Shown here: piece by piece, positions 32,356-42,690 of the stretch
Numbering within the stretch: the stretch's first letter is position 1
Layout of the letters: the number at the start of each line of letters is the position of its first letter
From: Alphaproteobacteria bacterium
GTDB lineage: Bacteria; Pseudomonadota; Alphaproteobacteria; UBA6615
Assembly: GCA_038117045.1 (NCBI GenBank)
Contig: JAYOFE010000009.1
Coordinates: 78,086 to 142,085, forward strand
Reading direction: 5' to 3'
Length of the DNA: 64,000 nt
Position numbers and translations under genes: made by a program
The notes under the pieces: generated by a model
The model's input: the letters and a program-made list of their open reading frames with translations, nothing else
What the model was told of the DNA's origin: nothing
Databases searched by the model: none

Positions 32356-33288
32356 TCAACTTATAAATGAAAATATTTCTGGCTCATTATCGCAATAATA
32401 TTTCAATACTGAAATTTTGTCGCCGTCTCGCAGCTGTGTGCGCAGCCAGGTCATCTGGCGTTTTGCATAGTTCCGGGTCTGCTGGGCCGACTGCGCCTCG
32501 GCCTCCTCCAGCGACATGGTGCCGTCCAGGTATGCGCGCAGCGAAGGGTAACCGAGTGCCTTGAATATGGGCAGGGCCGGATCGAGGTCCTCCGCCTCGG
32601 CCTTCGCTGCGAGCGCGCGGACCTCATCAAGTGCGCCGGCTTCGAGCATCCGAGCGAACCGCTTTTCGATCCGCGCATAGAGTTCCTCGCGGTTCGGTTC
32701 CACAGCGATCACCCGGAAATCCATGTCCGGGCCATCCACCGGATCGTCCTGCCAGTCCGACAGGGCGCGCCCAGTCGCCTCATGCACCTCCCAGGCCCGC
32801 AGGACACGCTGGCTGTCTCCGGCATGCAGGCGGGCGGCAATCACCGGATCGCGCGTCTCCAGTTCCGCGAAGAAGGCGTCCCCGCCGATCTCATCGCGCC
32901 GGGCACGCGCATGGGCGCGCACCTCCGGCGGAATTGCGGGGACAGGCGCAATCCCGTCCATCAGGGTGCGCAGGTAAAGCCCGGTGCCGCCCACGACGAC
33001 CGGGCGTCGGCCCTGCGCGCGAACCGCGTCGATGGCCGCCCGGGCATCGTCCCGCCAGTCGGCGGCAGACGCATGGTCCACAGCATCGCGATAGCCATAG
33101 AGGTGGTGCGGCACGCGCGCCTCATCCGCGGCATCCGGCCGTGCCGTCAGCACACGCAGGTCGTGATAAACCTGCATCGAATCCGCGTTGATAATGCTGC
33201 CGGCAACCTGTTCGGCCACGCGTATCGCCAGATCCGACTTCCCGCTGGCCGTCGGACCGGCAATGACGATGACCGGCGCGCCGCCCAC
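32356..33288 (-). CDS. miaA: tRNA dimethylallyltransferase
   Basis: The P-loop VIVIAGPTASGKSDLAI is followed by the MiaA core (DSMQVYHDLRVLTARP). The proposed GTG start at 33288 gives ~310 aa. The longer annotated ORF would overlap the upstream gene. Confidence 0.85.
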   Translation of the reverse strand: MGGAPVIVIAGPTASGKSDLAIRVAEQVAGSIINADSMQVYHDLRVLTARPDAADEARVPHHLYGYRDAVDHASAADWRDDARAAIDAVRAQGRRPVVVGGTGLYLRTLMDGIAPVPAIPPEVRAHARARRDEIGGDAFFAELETRDPVIAARLHAGDSQRVLRAWEVHEATGRALSDWQDDPVDGPDMDFRVIAVEPNREELYARIEKRFARMLEAGALDEVRALAAKAEAEDLDPALPIFKALGYPSLRAYLDGTMSLEEAEAQSAQQTRNYAKRQMTWLRTQLRDGDKISVLKYYCDNEPEIFSFIS

Positions 33289-33296
33289 CGGACCGG

Positions 33297-34532
33297 CTAG
33301 TCGCTCAGCGGGTAGGACACCAGCCCGTCGGCCAGCTTCGGCTCGAACCAGGTGGACTTGGGCGGCATGACCTCGTTGGCATCCGCCACGGCCATCAGGT
33401 CCTCGATGCTGGTCGGGAACAGCGCGAAGGCCACGGCCCATTCGCCGCTGTCGACCCGAAGTTCGAGCGCGTCGAGGCCGCGGATACCGCCGACAAAGTC
33501 GATCCGCTTGTCCGTGCGCGGGTCGGCGATGCCGAGCACAGGCTCCAGCAGCCGGTCCGACAGCAGCTTGACGTCCAGCCGGTCGAGCGGCTCCGCGTCG
33601 TCTGCGGGCGGGTTCTTCGCCTCAAGCGCATACCATTGGCCATCGAGATACATCCCGAAGGAATGGACCGCGTCGGGCCGCGCCTGTCCTTCCACCGGTG
33701 TGATCTCGAACTCCTCGGAGACCCGTGCGAGGAAGGCATCCTTGTCGAGACCGGCCAGATCCTTCACCACGCGGTTGTAGTCGAGGATACGAAGCTCCTC
33801 GGCCGGGAAGGCTACAATCAGGAACCGCTCGTGTAGCCCGCCGGGCCGGTCCTTGCGCAGGTCCGCAACCCGCGACGCCGCCGCGGAGCGGTGATGTCCG
33901 TCGGCGATGTAGAGGACTTCGACGGGTGCGTAGGCGGCCTCGATCTTCGCCACTTCATCGGATTCCGTGACGGCCCAGACGATGTGCTGCACGCCGTCGG
34001 GTCGGGTCACGTCATAGGTCGGCGCGTTCGCCGTAACAGAGGCGAGAATGTCGGCAATGGCCGCACTGTTTCCATGCACCACGAGGACGGGACCCGTCTG
34101 CGCGTCCACCGCGTCGATCTGGCGGACACGGTCGTCTTCCTTGTCCGGTCGGGTGAACTCATGCTTGCGCACAATATTCCTGTTGTAGGCATCCACCGGC
34201 GCGGCGGCGACCAGGCCGGTCTGGGTGTGGTCGCCCATGACGATCCGATAGACATAGTAGGCCGGCTCCGGATCGCGGATCAGCACACCCGCCTTGATCA
34301 TGTCCGAGAGATTGTCCGCACCTTTCCTGTACACCTCGTCGGCGTAGGGGCTGGTGCCGTCCGGCAGGTCGATTTCCGGACGCGAGACGTGCAGGAAACT
34401 ACAGGGGTGGCCGAGCGCCAGGGCCTTGGCCTCGTCAAAGGAGACGACGTCATAGGGCGGCGCGGCCACATCGGAAGCCGAAGATGGCGCCGGGCGGAGG
34501 CCTGTGAAGGGCTGGAGCAGGTTGTCGGACAT
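33297..34532 (-). CDS. DUF1015 family protein
   Basis: About 411 aa from MSDNLLQPFTGLRPA.... This is the conserved DUF1015 N-terminus pattern, with the ADGHHR motif. Confidence 0.65.
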   Translation of the reverse strand: MSDNLLQPFTGLRPAPSSASDVAAPPYDVVSFDEAKALALGHPCSFLHVSRPEIDLPDGTSPYADEVYRKGADNLSDMIKAGVLIRDPEPAYYVYRIVMGDHTQTGLVAAAPVDAYNRNIVRKHEFTRPDKEDDRVRQIDAVDAQTGPVLVVHGNSAAIADILASVTANAPTYDVTRPDGVQHIVWAVTESDEVAKIEAAYAPVEVLYIADGHHRSAAASRVADLRKDRPGGLHERFLIVAFPAEELRILDYNRVVKDLAGLDKDAFLARVSEEFEITPVEGQARPDAVHSFGMYLDGQWYALEAKNPPADDAEPLDRLDVKLLSDRLLEPVLGIADPRTDKRIDFVGGIRGLDALELRVDSGEWAVAFALFPTSIEDLMAVADANEVMPPKSTWFEPKLADGLVSYPLSD

Positions 34533-34704
34533 GTTCTGGACCGTGTTTTCGTGAATTTCGGGGAGAAATCGCGCCCTCATCGCATATCGCGCCCGCCGGG
34601 AAAAGCGCCGTCAGGGGAAAACTGGTTCACCGAAAAGGAAAACGGCGGCACCCGAGTGCGCCGCCGTTCCGCTGCCATCCGAAGATGGGTCACTCAGCGT
34701 TGTG

Positions 34705-36204
34705 TCATGACTTCTTGATGCGGATCGCCACGAAGCGACGATCGCCGTTCCGGTTGATCTTCAGAAGCACGGAGCTACGGTCGGCATCCCGGGCCTCACG
34801 GATCTTCTCCGCGATCTGGCCGGGGGAGTTGACCTCCTCCTGGCTGACCTCAACGATCACATCGCCCGGGCGAAGGCTCTTTTCCGCCGCCGCGCTGTCG
34901 GGCTCCACACCCGTGATCACCACACCGTGCAGATCGTCCGGCAACTTGAACTGCTGACGCATCTCGTCGGTGATGGAAGTGACCGAAACACCGAGGTCGT
35001 CGATGGTGGCCTCTTCCGGCTCCATCGCGTCGCCGCGTGGGCCGGCGGAGGCCAGGACCGGCACTTCTTCCTCGAGCTCGCCAATCTGGACCGAGATGAT
35101 ACGGCTTCGCTCGCCACGCCACACCTCAACCGGCACGCTCTTGCCGATATCGGTGTCGGCCACGATCCGCGGCAACTCGCGCATGGAGGCCACATCCCTA
35201 CCGTCGAACTTCAGGATCACGTCACCGGCTTCGATGCCGCCCTTCTCGGCCGGACCGTCATCGGTGACCGAAGACACCAGCGCACCACGGGCACTGTCGA
35301 GGCCAATGCTCTCGGCAATCTCGTCGGTGACGGTCTGGATGCGCACACCCAGCCAGCCGCGACGGGTCTGGCCGTATTCCTGGAGCTGCGCAATCACCCG
35401 TTCGGCGATGGAGGACGGGACCGAGAAGCCCACACCGACACTGCCGCCGGTCGGCGAGAAGATCGCCGTGTTCACGCCGATCACGTCACCGTTCATGTCG
35501 AACATCGGGCCGCCCGAGTTGCCCCGGTTGATGGAGGCGTCGGTCTGGATGAAGCTGTCATAAGGGCCCTGATTGATATCGCGCTGACGGGCCGAGATGA
35601 TGCCGGCCGTCACCGTGCCGCCGAGACCAAACGGGTTGCCGATCGCGACGACCCAGTCGCCGACGCGCGCCGCGGTCGAGTCGCCCCACTTCACGGCCGG
35701 AAGCGTATGCCCGGCATCAATGCGCAGCAGCGCCAGATCCGTCTTCGGATCACGGCCGAGAAGCTCGGCCTTGTGCTGGGTATCGTCCGAGAGGGTGACC
35801 ATGATCTCGTCCGCGCCATCGATGACGTGGTTATTGGTCACGACCAGGCCGTCTTCACTGATGATAAAGCCGGATCCCAGAGACGTCGCGCGGCGCGGCG
35901 CACCCTGGTTACGGTTGAAGAACTCCTTGAACTGGTCGCCGAAGGGGGAACCCTCGGGGAAGTTCGGCGCCTGCGGCCCGCGATCCTGTTTCTGGATCTG
36001 CGTGCTGGAAATGTTCACCACCGAAGGCAGGAGGCGCTCGGCCAAGTCGGCAAAGGACTCCGGTGCCGAACGCGCCTGGGCCGGGTTCGCCAGAACCAGC
36101 GACAGCGCGAACAGCATGCCAAGCAGGAAGATGCCGGCCACGGTGCCGCGCCGCGCCGTCCATCCGGCAACGGCAATGGATTGGTTGTATCGGTTCGAAT
36201 TCAT
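34705..36204 (-). CDS. htrA: periplasmic serine endoprotease DegP/HtrA (Do family)
   Basis: About 499 aa from MNSNRYNQ..., with a signal peptide. Trypsin-like motifs TNNHV and GNSGGP are present, followed by two PDZ domains. Confidence 0.85.
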   Translation of the reverse strand: MNSNRYNQSIAVAGWTARRGTVAGIFLLGMLFALSLVLANPAQARSAPESFADLAERLLPSVVNISSTQIQKQDRGPQAPNFPEGSPFGDQFKEFFNRNQGAPRRATSLGSGFIISEDGLVVTNNHVIDGADEIMVTLSDDTQHKAELLGRDPKTDLALLRIDAGHTLPAVKWGDSTAARVGDWVVAIGNPFGLGGTVTAGIISARQRDINQGPYDSFIQTDASINRGNSGGPMFDMNGDVIGVNTAIFSPTGGSVGVGFSVPSSIAERVIAQLQEYGQTRRGWLGVRIQTVTDEIAESIGLDSARGALVSSVTDDGPAEKGGIEAGDVILKFDGRDVASMRELPRIVADTDIGKSVPVEVWRGERSRIISVQIGELEEEVPVLASAGPRGDAMEPEEATIDDLGVSVTSITDEMRQQFKLPDDLHGVVITGVEPDSAAAEKSLRPGDVIVEVSQEEVNSPGQIAEKIREARDADRSSVLLKINRNGDRRFVAIRIKKS

Positions 36205-36458
36205 TCTGCGGTCTCTCCAGTGGGGCTTTTTGCCCGGATTGACATCGTTCCGCTGAAAGTCCCCCGGAATATGAGAGTCTTGAAATTCGACTTCAAGTTC
36301 CCGGCCCGGGGAGACTGTGGCGAGAAGGCGGGGAAACCCGCCGCCAGACCAAGGTATGGAGAGCAAACGTGGTCGGAATGGGGCACGCTTCCGGCACCAT
36401 TGCGGCATGTCACACCCGATCGATGAAATTCCCGTGAACGGGGGCGTCGAAAGTGCGA

Positions 36459-36671
36459 TCAGAACGGCCCCACAAGCCACAGAAGCCCAAGCCCGGCGAT
36501 GATGGCAACAAGGCCGCCGGAACGCAGTGTCGAAGCGGGCACTTCGAGCATGCGCACGAGCATCGTCTTCATGCCCTGCGGGAAGAGAGCATAGATCAGG
36601 CCCTCGGCCACAAGCACGAGCGCAAAGCCAATGGCGACGTAACTCAGCCAGTGTACGGGCTGTGCTGCCAT
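36459..36671 (-). CDS. DUF2065 small membrane protein
   Basis: 70 aa (MAAQPVHWLSYVAIGFALVLVAEGLIYALFP...). It is the typical small gene immediately downstream of hflC. The longer annotated ORF start is unlikely. Confidence 0.5.
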   Translation of the reverse strand: MAAQPVHWLSYVAIGFALVLVAEGLIYALFPQGMKTMLVRMLEVPASTLRSGGLVAIIAGLGLLWLVGPF

Positions 36672-36684
36672 CGATGGCTTCGGC

Positions 36685-37590
36685 CTATTGGGCCAAACCC
36701 CTGCGCTCGGTGACGCGGTCGCGTCCGCCCTGGAGGTCCCCGAAGTATTTGAAGAAGTCGCTATCGGGTGAAAGCACCATCGTCGTGCCTTCCCGTCCGA
36801 AGGTCTCCCGGTAAGCTTCAAGCGAGCGGAAGAATTCGAAAAACTCCGGATCCTTGCCGTAGGACTCACCCAGAATGGCGTTCCGCGTCGCCTCACCCTC
36901 ACCGCGCAGGGTCTGGGCCTCGCGCTGCGCCTCGGCGACGATCTCCACCTGCTGGCGGTCGGCCTCCGCACGGATGCGCCGCGCATTCTCCTCGCCCTCG
37001 GCACGAAGCTGTGCAGCCTGTCGCTCACGCTCTGTGCGCATGCGATCATACACGTTCTGGGAAACAGCTTCCGGCAATTCCGACCGCCCGATCCGGATGT
37101 CGACCACTTCGATCCCGAAGCCGGCAGATGCCATGGCGACGGTATCACGGATCGATTCCATGATTTCATTGCGCTGGTCGGACAGCAGGTCCTCGAGGTT
37201 CCGCTGTGCCACGACTTCCTTGACCGTCGAAGTCAGGATGCCGCCGAAACGGTTGTCGAACGTGAACTCGTTGCGCACCGTCTGGAAGAAACGACGCGGA
37301 TCGGTGATGCGGTAGCGCGCAAAGGAATCGACGAAGATGCGCTTCTGGTCCTTCAGCAGCATTTCCTCGGCTTCCGGATCGACGCTCAGCACCCGCTTGT
37401 CATAGGACTGGATGTTCTGGATGAACGGCACCTTCACATGCAGGCCGGGGTCGCGAACCGATTCCTTGAACTCACCGAACTGCAGCACAAGAACCTGTTC
37501 GGTCTCACGCACCGTGAACAAGGCGGAGTTCAGCGTGATGCCGAGGAGGACGATGATGCCACCGATAATAAAGAGTTTCGTGCGGCTCAT
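36685..37590 (-). CDS. hflC: protease modulator HflC
   Basis: 301 aa SPFH/band-7 protein with an N-terminal TM segment. Its start has an ATGA overlap with the hflK stop. Confidence 0.85.
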   Translation of the reverse strand: MSRTKLFIIGGIIVLLGITLNSALFTVRETEQVLVLQFGEFKESVRDPGLHVKVPFIQNIQSYDKRVLSVDPEAEEMLLKDQKRIFVDSFARYRITDPRRFFQTVRNEFTFDNRFGGILTSTVKEVVAQRNLEDLLSDQRNEIMESIRDTVAMASAGFGIEVVDIRIGRSELPEAVSQNVYDRMRTERERQAAQLRAEGEENARRIRAEADRQQVEIVAEAQREAQTLRGEGEATRNAILGESYGKDPEFFEFFRSLEAYRETFGREGTTMVLSPDSDFFKYFGDLQGGRDRVTERRGLAQ

Positions 37591-38732
37591 TTGCTGGCTC
37601 CCGACGTGCTGCGGTTCCGGTTCAGTTCGTTGAGCGGCAGGTATGGCACAACACCCTGGCCGCCGTTCGAGCCCTCGTCGATGATGACCTTGTCAGCCTT
37701 CTCGAGCACGTCGCGCAGGGTCTCGATATAGAGGCGCCGACGAGTCACTTCTGGAGCCGCGCGATAGGTCTCATAGATCTGGTCGAAGCGCGATGCTTCA
37801 CCCTGGGCTTCCTTGATCACCCGTTCACGGTATGCCGTGGCCTCCTGGATGAGGCCTGCGGCCTCACCGCGAGAGGTCGGGACGATCCGGTTGCGATAGG
37901 ATTCCGCCTCGTTCTGGAGCTTCTCCTTGTCCTGACGTGCGCGCTGCACGTCGTTGAAGGCGTCAATGACCGGCGGCGGAGCTTCCGTTTTCTGGAGCTG
38001 GACACGCTCAATCGCGATGCCCGCCTTGTAACCGTCGAGAATGGCCTGAATGAGGTCTCGGGTCTTGCCCTGCACCTCTTCACGCGCCGTGGTGAGCAGG
38101 TCGTCAAGGGCTGTCTGCCCGACCACCTCACGCATGGCGCTTTCGGCGACCGCCTTCACCGTCTCTTCGGGATTGCGGATATTGAACAGGTATTCGCCCG
38201 CATTCGAGATACGCCACTGCACGACGAAATCTACATCAGCAATGTTCTGGTCGCTGGTCAGCATCAGCGACTCGTTCTGGACATCGCGGGTTGAGGTCGT
38301 GCGCGTGCGGATATCGGATGCATCGCGGAAACCGACATTCAGCCGGTTGATCTGGGTGACCGCGGGCACCAGCACTTCACCGATCGGTGCCGGAGGCCAC
38401 CAGTGCAGGCCCGGCTCGGTCACGTCGCCGCTCCAGTCACCGAACAGCAGCGGCACGCCGCGCTCGTTTTCCTGGACCCGGTAAAGGCCGCTGGCGAGCC
38501 AGATCAGCAGGAGCACAGCAATGATCAGGATGATCGCGGTCGGGCTGCCAAAGCCGCCGGGCAGGACCCGCCTGACGCGGTCCTGGCTCCGACGGAGCAT
38601 TTCCTCGATATTGGGCTGCTGGCCGCCGCCACCGACGCCACCGCCCCCGGTCGGTCGCTGACCGCCCCATGGGCCGCCACCGCCACCGCTGCCACCCCAA
38701 GGGCCACCGCCCCCCTGATTGTTCCAAGGCAT
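37587..38732 (-). CDS. hflK: protease modulator HflK
   Basis: About 381 aa from MPWNNQGGGGPWGG..., with a Gly-rich N-terminus, a TM segment and an SPFH domain. Confidence 0.85.
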   Translation of the reverse strand: MPWNNQGGGGPWGGSGGGGGPWGGQRPTGGGGVGGGGQQPNIEEMLRRSQDRVRRVLPGGFGSPTAIILIIAVLLLIWLASGLYRVQENERGVPLLFGDWSGDVTEPGLHWWPPAPIGEVLVPAVTQINRLNVGFRDASDIRTRTTSTRDVQNESLMLTSDQNIADVDFVVQWRISNAGEYLFNIRNPEETVKAVAESAMREVVGQTALDDLLTTAREEVQGKTRDLIQAILDGYKAGIAIERVQLQKTEAPPPVIDAFNDVQRARQDKEKLQNEAESYRNRIVPTSRGEAAGLIQEATAYRERVIKEAQGEASRFDQIYETYRAAPEVTRRRLYIETLRDVLEKADKVIIDEGSNGGQGVVPYLPLNELNRNRSTSGASK

Positions 38733-38920
38733 ACAGAAAATCCCTCGTCCGTGATGCTGACACGCCGGCGGTCCTGCAAGTCCCAAGAACAGGACGAACC
38801 GCAACCGCGCCGGGTTTATAATTCAGACGCCGGGGCTTATATCACAAGACATCGTGAGGCGTGACCGCCTCCGGCACACATTCCTTCCCGATATTGGCCG
38901 TGGACACGGAGTTTTCAAGC

Positions 38921-40051
38921 ATGGCGGCAATCACGCAGGACGAGATTCTGAACGCACTTCGCACGATCGTGGACCCGGTTAGCGGGACAGACATCGTCAC
39001 CAACGGCCAGGTCTCGGGCGTGGTGGTGAAGGATCGCAACATCGGCTTCGCGATCGAGATCGATCCCGCGGACGCCGGACGCATGGAACCGCTGCGCCGT
39101 GCGGCCGAACGCGAAGTGCTCGCCCTGGAGGGTGTGTCTTCGGTCTCCGCCGTGCTGACAGCGCACAACACGGCCCCGCAATCGGCGCCGCCGCAGCAAT
39201 CCCAGCGGCCCCCGCAGCAACAGGGACAGCAGCAGGCCCAGCCAAAGGCCAACCTGCTCCCCGACGTGGGCGCCATCATCGCCGTGGCCAGCGGCAAGGG
39301 CGGCGTTGGCAAATCAACGACGGCGGTGAACCTCGCCGTTGCCCTGTCACAGCTCGGCCAGAAGGTCGGCCTGCTCGATGCGGACGTCTACGGCCCCTCC
39401 CTGCCGCGCATGTTGGGCATCACCGAAAAGCCCCAGGCCCTGCCCGACCAGCGGATCAGGCCGGTCGAGGCCTACGGCCTGAAGGTCATGTCCATGGGTT
39501 TCATGGTGCCCGAGGACACCGCAATGATCTGGCGCGGCCCGATGGTGATGGGTGCTCTGGAACAGATGATGCGGGAAGTGGACTGGGGCGCACTCGATGT
39601 CCTCGTCGTCGACATGCCGCCGGGCACGGGCGACGCGCAGCTCACCATGGCCCAGCGGGTACCGCTGGCCGGTGCGGTGATCGTCTCCACCCCGCAGGAC
39701 ATCGCGCTGATCGACGCGCGCAAGGGCCTCAACATGTTCGAAAAGGTGAGCGTGCCGGTTCTCGGCATCATCGAGAACATGAGCACGTTCATCTGTCCCA
39801 AATGCGGCGAGCGGACCGATATCTTCGGGCATGGCGGCGCGCGCGCCGAGGCGGAAAAACTCGGCTGCACCTTCCTGGGCGAGATCCCGCTCGATATCGC
39901 GATCCGGGTAACCTCGGATTCGGGCCAGCCGATCACGGCCACCGAGCCGGACGGGCCAAACGCGCAGGCCTACCGGGCCGCCGCCGAAGCCGTGCTGGCA
40001 AAGATCGCGCCCGGCGCGCGCCAGTCCGGACCGAAGATCGTCATGGAGTAG
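38921..40051 (+). CDS. apbC: Mrp/ApbC/NBP35 family iron-sulfur cluster carrier ATPase
   Basis: About 376 aa from MAAITQDEILNAL... with an N-terminal DUF59-like domain. It also carries the deviant Walker A box IIAVASGKGGVGKSTTAVNLA and the CPKC motif. Confidence 0.85.
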   Translation: MAAITQDEILNALRTIVDPVSGTDIVTNGQVSGVVVKDRNIGFAIEIDPADAGRMEPLRRAAEREVLALEGVSSVSAVLTAHNTAPQSAPPQQSQRPPQQQGQQQAQPKANLLPDVGAIIAVASGKGGVGKSTTAVNLAVALSQLGQKVGLLDADVYGPSLPRMLGITEKPQALPDQRIRPVEAYGLKVMSMGFMVPEDTAMIWRGPMVMGALEQMMREVDWGALDVLVVDMPPGTGDAQLTMAQRVPLAGAVIVSTPQDIALIDARKGLNMFEKVSVPVLGIIENMSTFICPKCGERTDIFGHGGARAEAEKLGCTFLGEIPLDIAIRVTSDSGQPITATEPDGPNAQAYRAAAEAVLAKIAPGARQSGPKIVME

Positions 40052-40186
40052 GCGACCGCCGCACCCATCACGGATATGCGATCAACGGTCGCGGGAAGTT
40101 GAACCGTCAACGACCGCACCACCCTTGTACGGCGAAGTGCGCGATCCCATTTGCAGTCCAGACGCGGGTTTCAAAGTACCCGTATC

Positions 40187-40281
40187 GAGAGACCGCCGGC
40201 CGGATCGGACGTGCCCCGTAACCTGCTGGTCCCACTGCCCCCCCAAAGACCGGCGGGCGTACCATCCGGCGGCGGTCTCTT
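40187..40281 (+). promoter_or_regulatory. long-range 16-bp interrupted inverted repeat enclosing ~55 nt, followed by a C/U-rich tract
   Basis: AGAGACCGCCGgCCGGAT ... ATCCGGCGGCGGTCTCT, seen directly. It lies between the mrp stop and the YHS gene. It could be a large terminator or a structured leader RNA. Confidence 0.3.
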
Positions 40282-40349
40282 TCCCCCCTCCCCGCTTCCG
40301 AAAAATACCGTTCATATCGTCGCGATGATGGAATGCATGTCACGGACGC

Positions 40350-40370
40350 GGTGTTTGTTGGACAAACACC
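40350..40370. promoter_or_regulatory. perfect palindrome GGTGTTTGTtggACAAACACC, 16 bp upstream of the YHS-domain gene start
   Basis: A 9-bp perfect inverted repeat with a 3-nt spacer, read from the sequence. Candidate operator. Confidence 0.3.
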
Positions 40371-40386
40371 TGCCGGGAGACCAGAC

Positions 40387-40836
40387 ATGCTGAACCTTTT
40401 TCGTGCCGCCGTCGTGGGCACATTCCTCGCCCTGATCGCCGGACCGGCGCTAGCCATCGACCCTGTTTTCCAGGACGGTGGGGCCGCAATCCGCGGCTAC
40501 GACCCGGTCGCTTATTTTACGGAGGACGGCGCCGTGAAAGGCTCGCCCGACCACGCATTCTCCTACCAGGGTGCGACGTGGCAGTTCGCCTCCGCCGAAA
40601 ATCGCGACAAGTTCGCGGCCGATCCCGAGAAGTACGCACCCGCCTATGGCGGCTACTGCGCCTGGGCGGTCTCCCAGGGCTACACCGCGCCCATCGATCC
40701 CGAAGCGTGGTCAGTCCGCGACGGTCGCCTTTACCTCAACTATTCAAAGACGGTGCGGGCGCGCTGGGCGCTAGACAAGGACGGCAACATTGCCGCAGCC
40801 GACCGCAACTGGCCGGGCCTGCGCGACGGCAGCTAG
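40387..40836 (+). CDS. YHS domain-containing periplasmic protein
   Basis: About 149 aa from the MLNLFRAAVVGTFLALIAGPALA signal peptide. Two YHS-like units are present (GYDPVAYF... and APAYGGYCAWAV...). Confidence 0.6.
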   Translation: MLNLFRAAVVGTFLALIAGPALAIDPVFQDGGAAIRGYDPVAYFTEDGAVKGSPDHAFSYQGATWQFASAENRDKFAADPEKYAPAYGGYCAWAVSQGYTAPIDPEAWSVRDGRLYLNYSKTVRARWALDKDGNIAAADRNWPGLRDGS

Positions 40837-41333
40837 GACGTCCGTCCTGCCGTCACCCGCTCCAGGGTGACAAAACTGTAGCCGGGTGTCTCGCCGTCGG
40901 GGGCATGGTCCTCACGCGAGACCTCACGCCACTCGGCTTCGTCGAGCTCCGGGAAATGCGTGTCGCCCTCGGGCGCGGCGTGGACATGGGTGAGGTAGAC
41001 CCGCGCGGCCCGAGGAAGCGCGAGCGCATAGATTTCGGCACCGCCGATCACCAGCACCTCTTCCGCGTCCGGCACCAGCGCCAGCGCCGCATCGAGGTCA
41101 CCGGCGACGGATGCCCCCGGCGCATCGAAGCCCGCACTGCGCGTGACCACGATGTTGTCTCGGCCCGGCAATGCACGGCCCAGCGATTCCCAGGTCTTGC
41201 GGCCCATCACGATGGGCTTTCCCATGGTCGTGGCCTTGAAGAACTTCATGTCACCGGAAATACGCCACGGCAGGTCGCCGTTGCGCCCGATCACGCCGTT
41301 CTCGGCAACCGCGACAATGACAGACAGGATCAA
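40833..41333 (-). CDS. folA: dihydrofolate reductase
   Basis: 166 aa. The N-terminus [23 protein letters not shown] and the GRKTWESL segment are classical DHFR. Confidence 0.88.
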   Translation of the reverse strand: MILSVIVAVAENGVIGRNGDLPWRISGDMKFFKATTMGKPIVMGRKTWESLGRALPGRDNIVVTRSAGFDAPGASVAGDLDAALALVPDAEEVLVIGGAEIYALALPRAARVYLTHVHAAPEGDTHFPELDEAEWREVSREDHAPDGETPGYSFVTLERVTAGRTS

Positions 41334-42124
41334 ACCGCGACCTTGGCCGGGATGTGCGGATGGAACCGGTACCCGTCGATGACGATATCGTCATAGATGA
41401 ATGCGAACAGGTCATCGACGTCCGGGTTCAGGGTCAGGGTCGGCAGTGGATAGGGCTCGCGTTCAAGCTGGGCATCGGCCTGCTCCAGATGGTTCAGGTA
41501 GAGGTGCGCATCGCCGAAGGTGTGGATGAACTCCCCCGGCTCGAGCCCCGTGACCTGCGCCACCATCGCCGTCAGCAGGGCATAGGATGCAATGTTGAAC
41601 GGCACGCCAAGGAAAATATCCGCGCTGCGCTGGTAGAGCTGGCAGGAAAGCTTTCCGTCCGCGACGTAGAACTGGAACAGGCAGTGACAGGGCGGCAGCG
41701 CCATGTCATCCACATCGGCCACGTTCCACGCGCTGACGATCAGCCGGCGCGAATCCGGCCGGTTGCGGATCTGCTCCAGCAGGTTGGTGATCTGGTCGAT
41801 GGTGCGCCCGTCCGGTGTCGGCCAGGATCGCCACTGGTGGCCGTAGACCGGGCCCAGGTCGCCATTCTCGTCCGCCCATTCATCCCAGATAGAGACGCCG
41901 TTGTCGTTCAAGTAGGCGATGTTGGTGTCGCCCCGGATGAACCAGAGCAGTTCGTGAATGACCGACTTGGTGTGAATTTTCTTCGTCGTGACGAGCGGAA
42001 AGCCAGCCGACAGATCAAAGCGCATCTGGTGGCCGAACACCGAAAGCGTGCCCGTCCCGGTCCGGTCGGTGCGTTCGACGCCGGTCTCGCGCACGCGGCG
42101 CATGAGGTCGAGATACTGCTGCAT
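41330..42124 (-). CDS. thyA: thymidylate synthase
   Basis: 264 aa. Motifs [22 protein letters not shown] and the catalytic PCH...Q are present. It has a 4-bp overlap with folA. Confidence 0.95.
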   Translation of the reverse strand: MQQYLDLMRRVRETGVERTDRTGTGTLSVFGHQMRFDLSAGFPLVTTKKIHTKSVIHELLWFIRGDTNIAYLNDNGVSIWDEWADENGDLGPVYGHQWRSWPTPDGRTIDQITNLLEQIRNRPDSRRLIVSAWNVADVDDMALPPCHCLFQFYVADGKLSCQLYQRSADIFLGVPFNIASYALLTAMVAQVTGLEPGEFIHTFGDAHLYLNHLEQADAQLEREPYPLPTLTLNPDVDDLFAFIYDDIVIDGYRFHPHIPAKVAV

Positions 42125-42289
42125 TCGTCTGCCTGTTTCGAAACTTGTCCCGAAACCTAGTTCGGGACACGAGTCGGACTCAGCAACCTTGGTTGTGAAT
42201 AAGCCAATCCAGCGGGGATAACCTGCGCGCCCCTTTGGAAAATGTCTCCGAAAACCCTATATTCGGGGCGTCGGGTTCTCCCGACTATG

Positions 42290-42600
42290 ACGATAAACGT
42301 CTTTCATAATAAGCGTTCGGACCCGGGGGCAGTACCCGGCGCCTCCACCAATTTCCCGGATTTGCGGCCCTCGGGCGGCATTCGAGACGGGGGCGAAACA
42401 GGATCGACGGGCGTCTAAAGGTCTGACTTTCGTCCGGCATGGTTCCGCCGTTATCGGGCCGAATCTACAGGTGCCAACGACAATGTTGAGCCCATCGCTG
42501 TTGCCGCTTAATAACCGGTAATAAGCGCGGTTCGGGGGGCACCGGGCAACAGAAGCCCCCCACTTAATCGCTGCGGCGAACCGAAACCTGCGCTGAATGG
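42290..42600 (+). ncRNA. ssrA: permuted two-piece tmRNA (ssrA); the acceptor piece is encoded upstream of the coding piece
   Basis: The acceptor-piece 3' end CGCCTCCACCA lies at 42340-42350, and the coding piece begins with GGGGGCG at 42389. These pair to give a G3:U70 alanine-identity acceptor stem. The tag ORF is GCC AAC GAC AAT GTT GAG CCC ATC GCT GTT GCC GCT TAA TAA (42473-42514), reading ANDNVEPIAVAA and ending in the alphaproteobacterial ...AVAA motif. The outer boundaries are approximate. Confidence 0.8.
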
Positions 42601-42690
42601 GTCGAATCGCAACATTTCGGCAATCTGTTCCCAATATTCTGGCCCATAACCGTTGACCCGCGTGCTGATGCGCGCTTCCATCACCCCGCT

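Noticed and set aside
33289-33441. Longer MiaA start (361 aa) proposed by the ORF finder
   Set aside because: The extension overlaps the upstream DUF1015 gene and encodes an Arg/Gly-rich junk N-terminus. The GTG at 33288 gives a MiaA N-terminus of normal length just ahead of the P-loop.
42257-42634. 125-aa minus-strand hypothetical ORF
   Set aside because: It lies entirely over the tmRNA (ssrA) gene, and the RNA assignment is far better supported.
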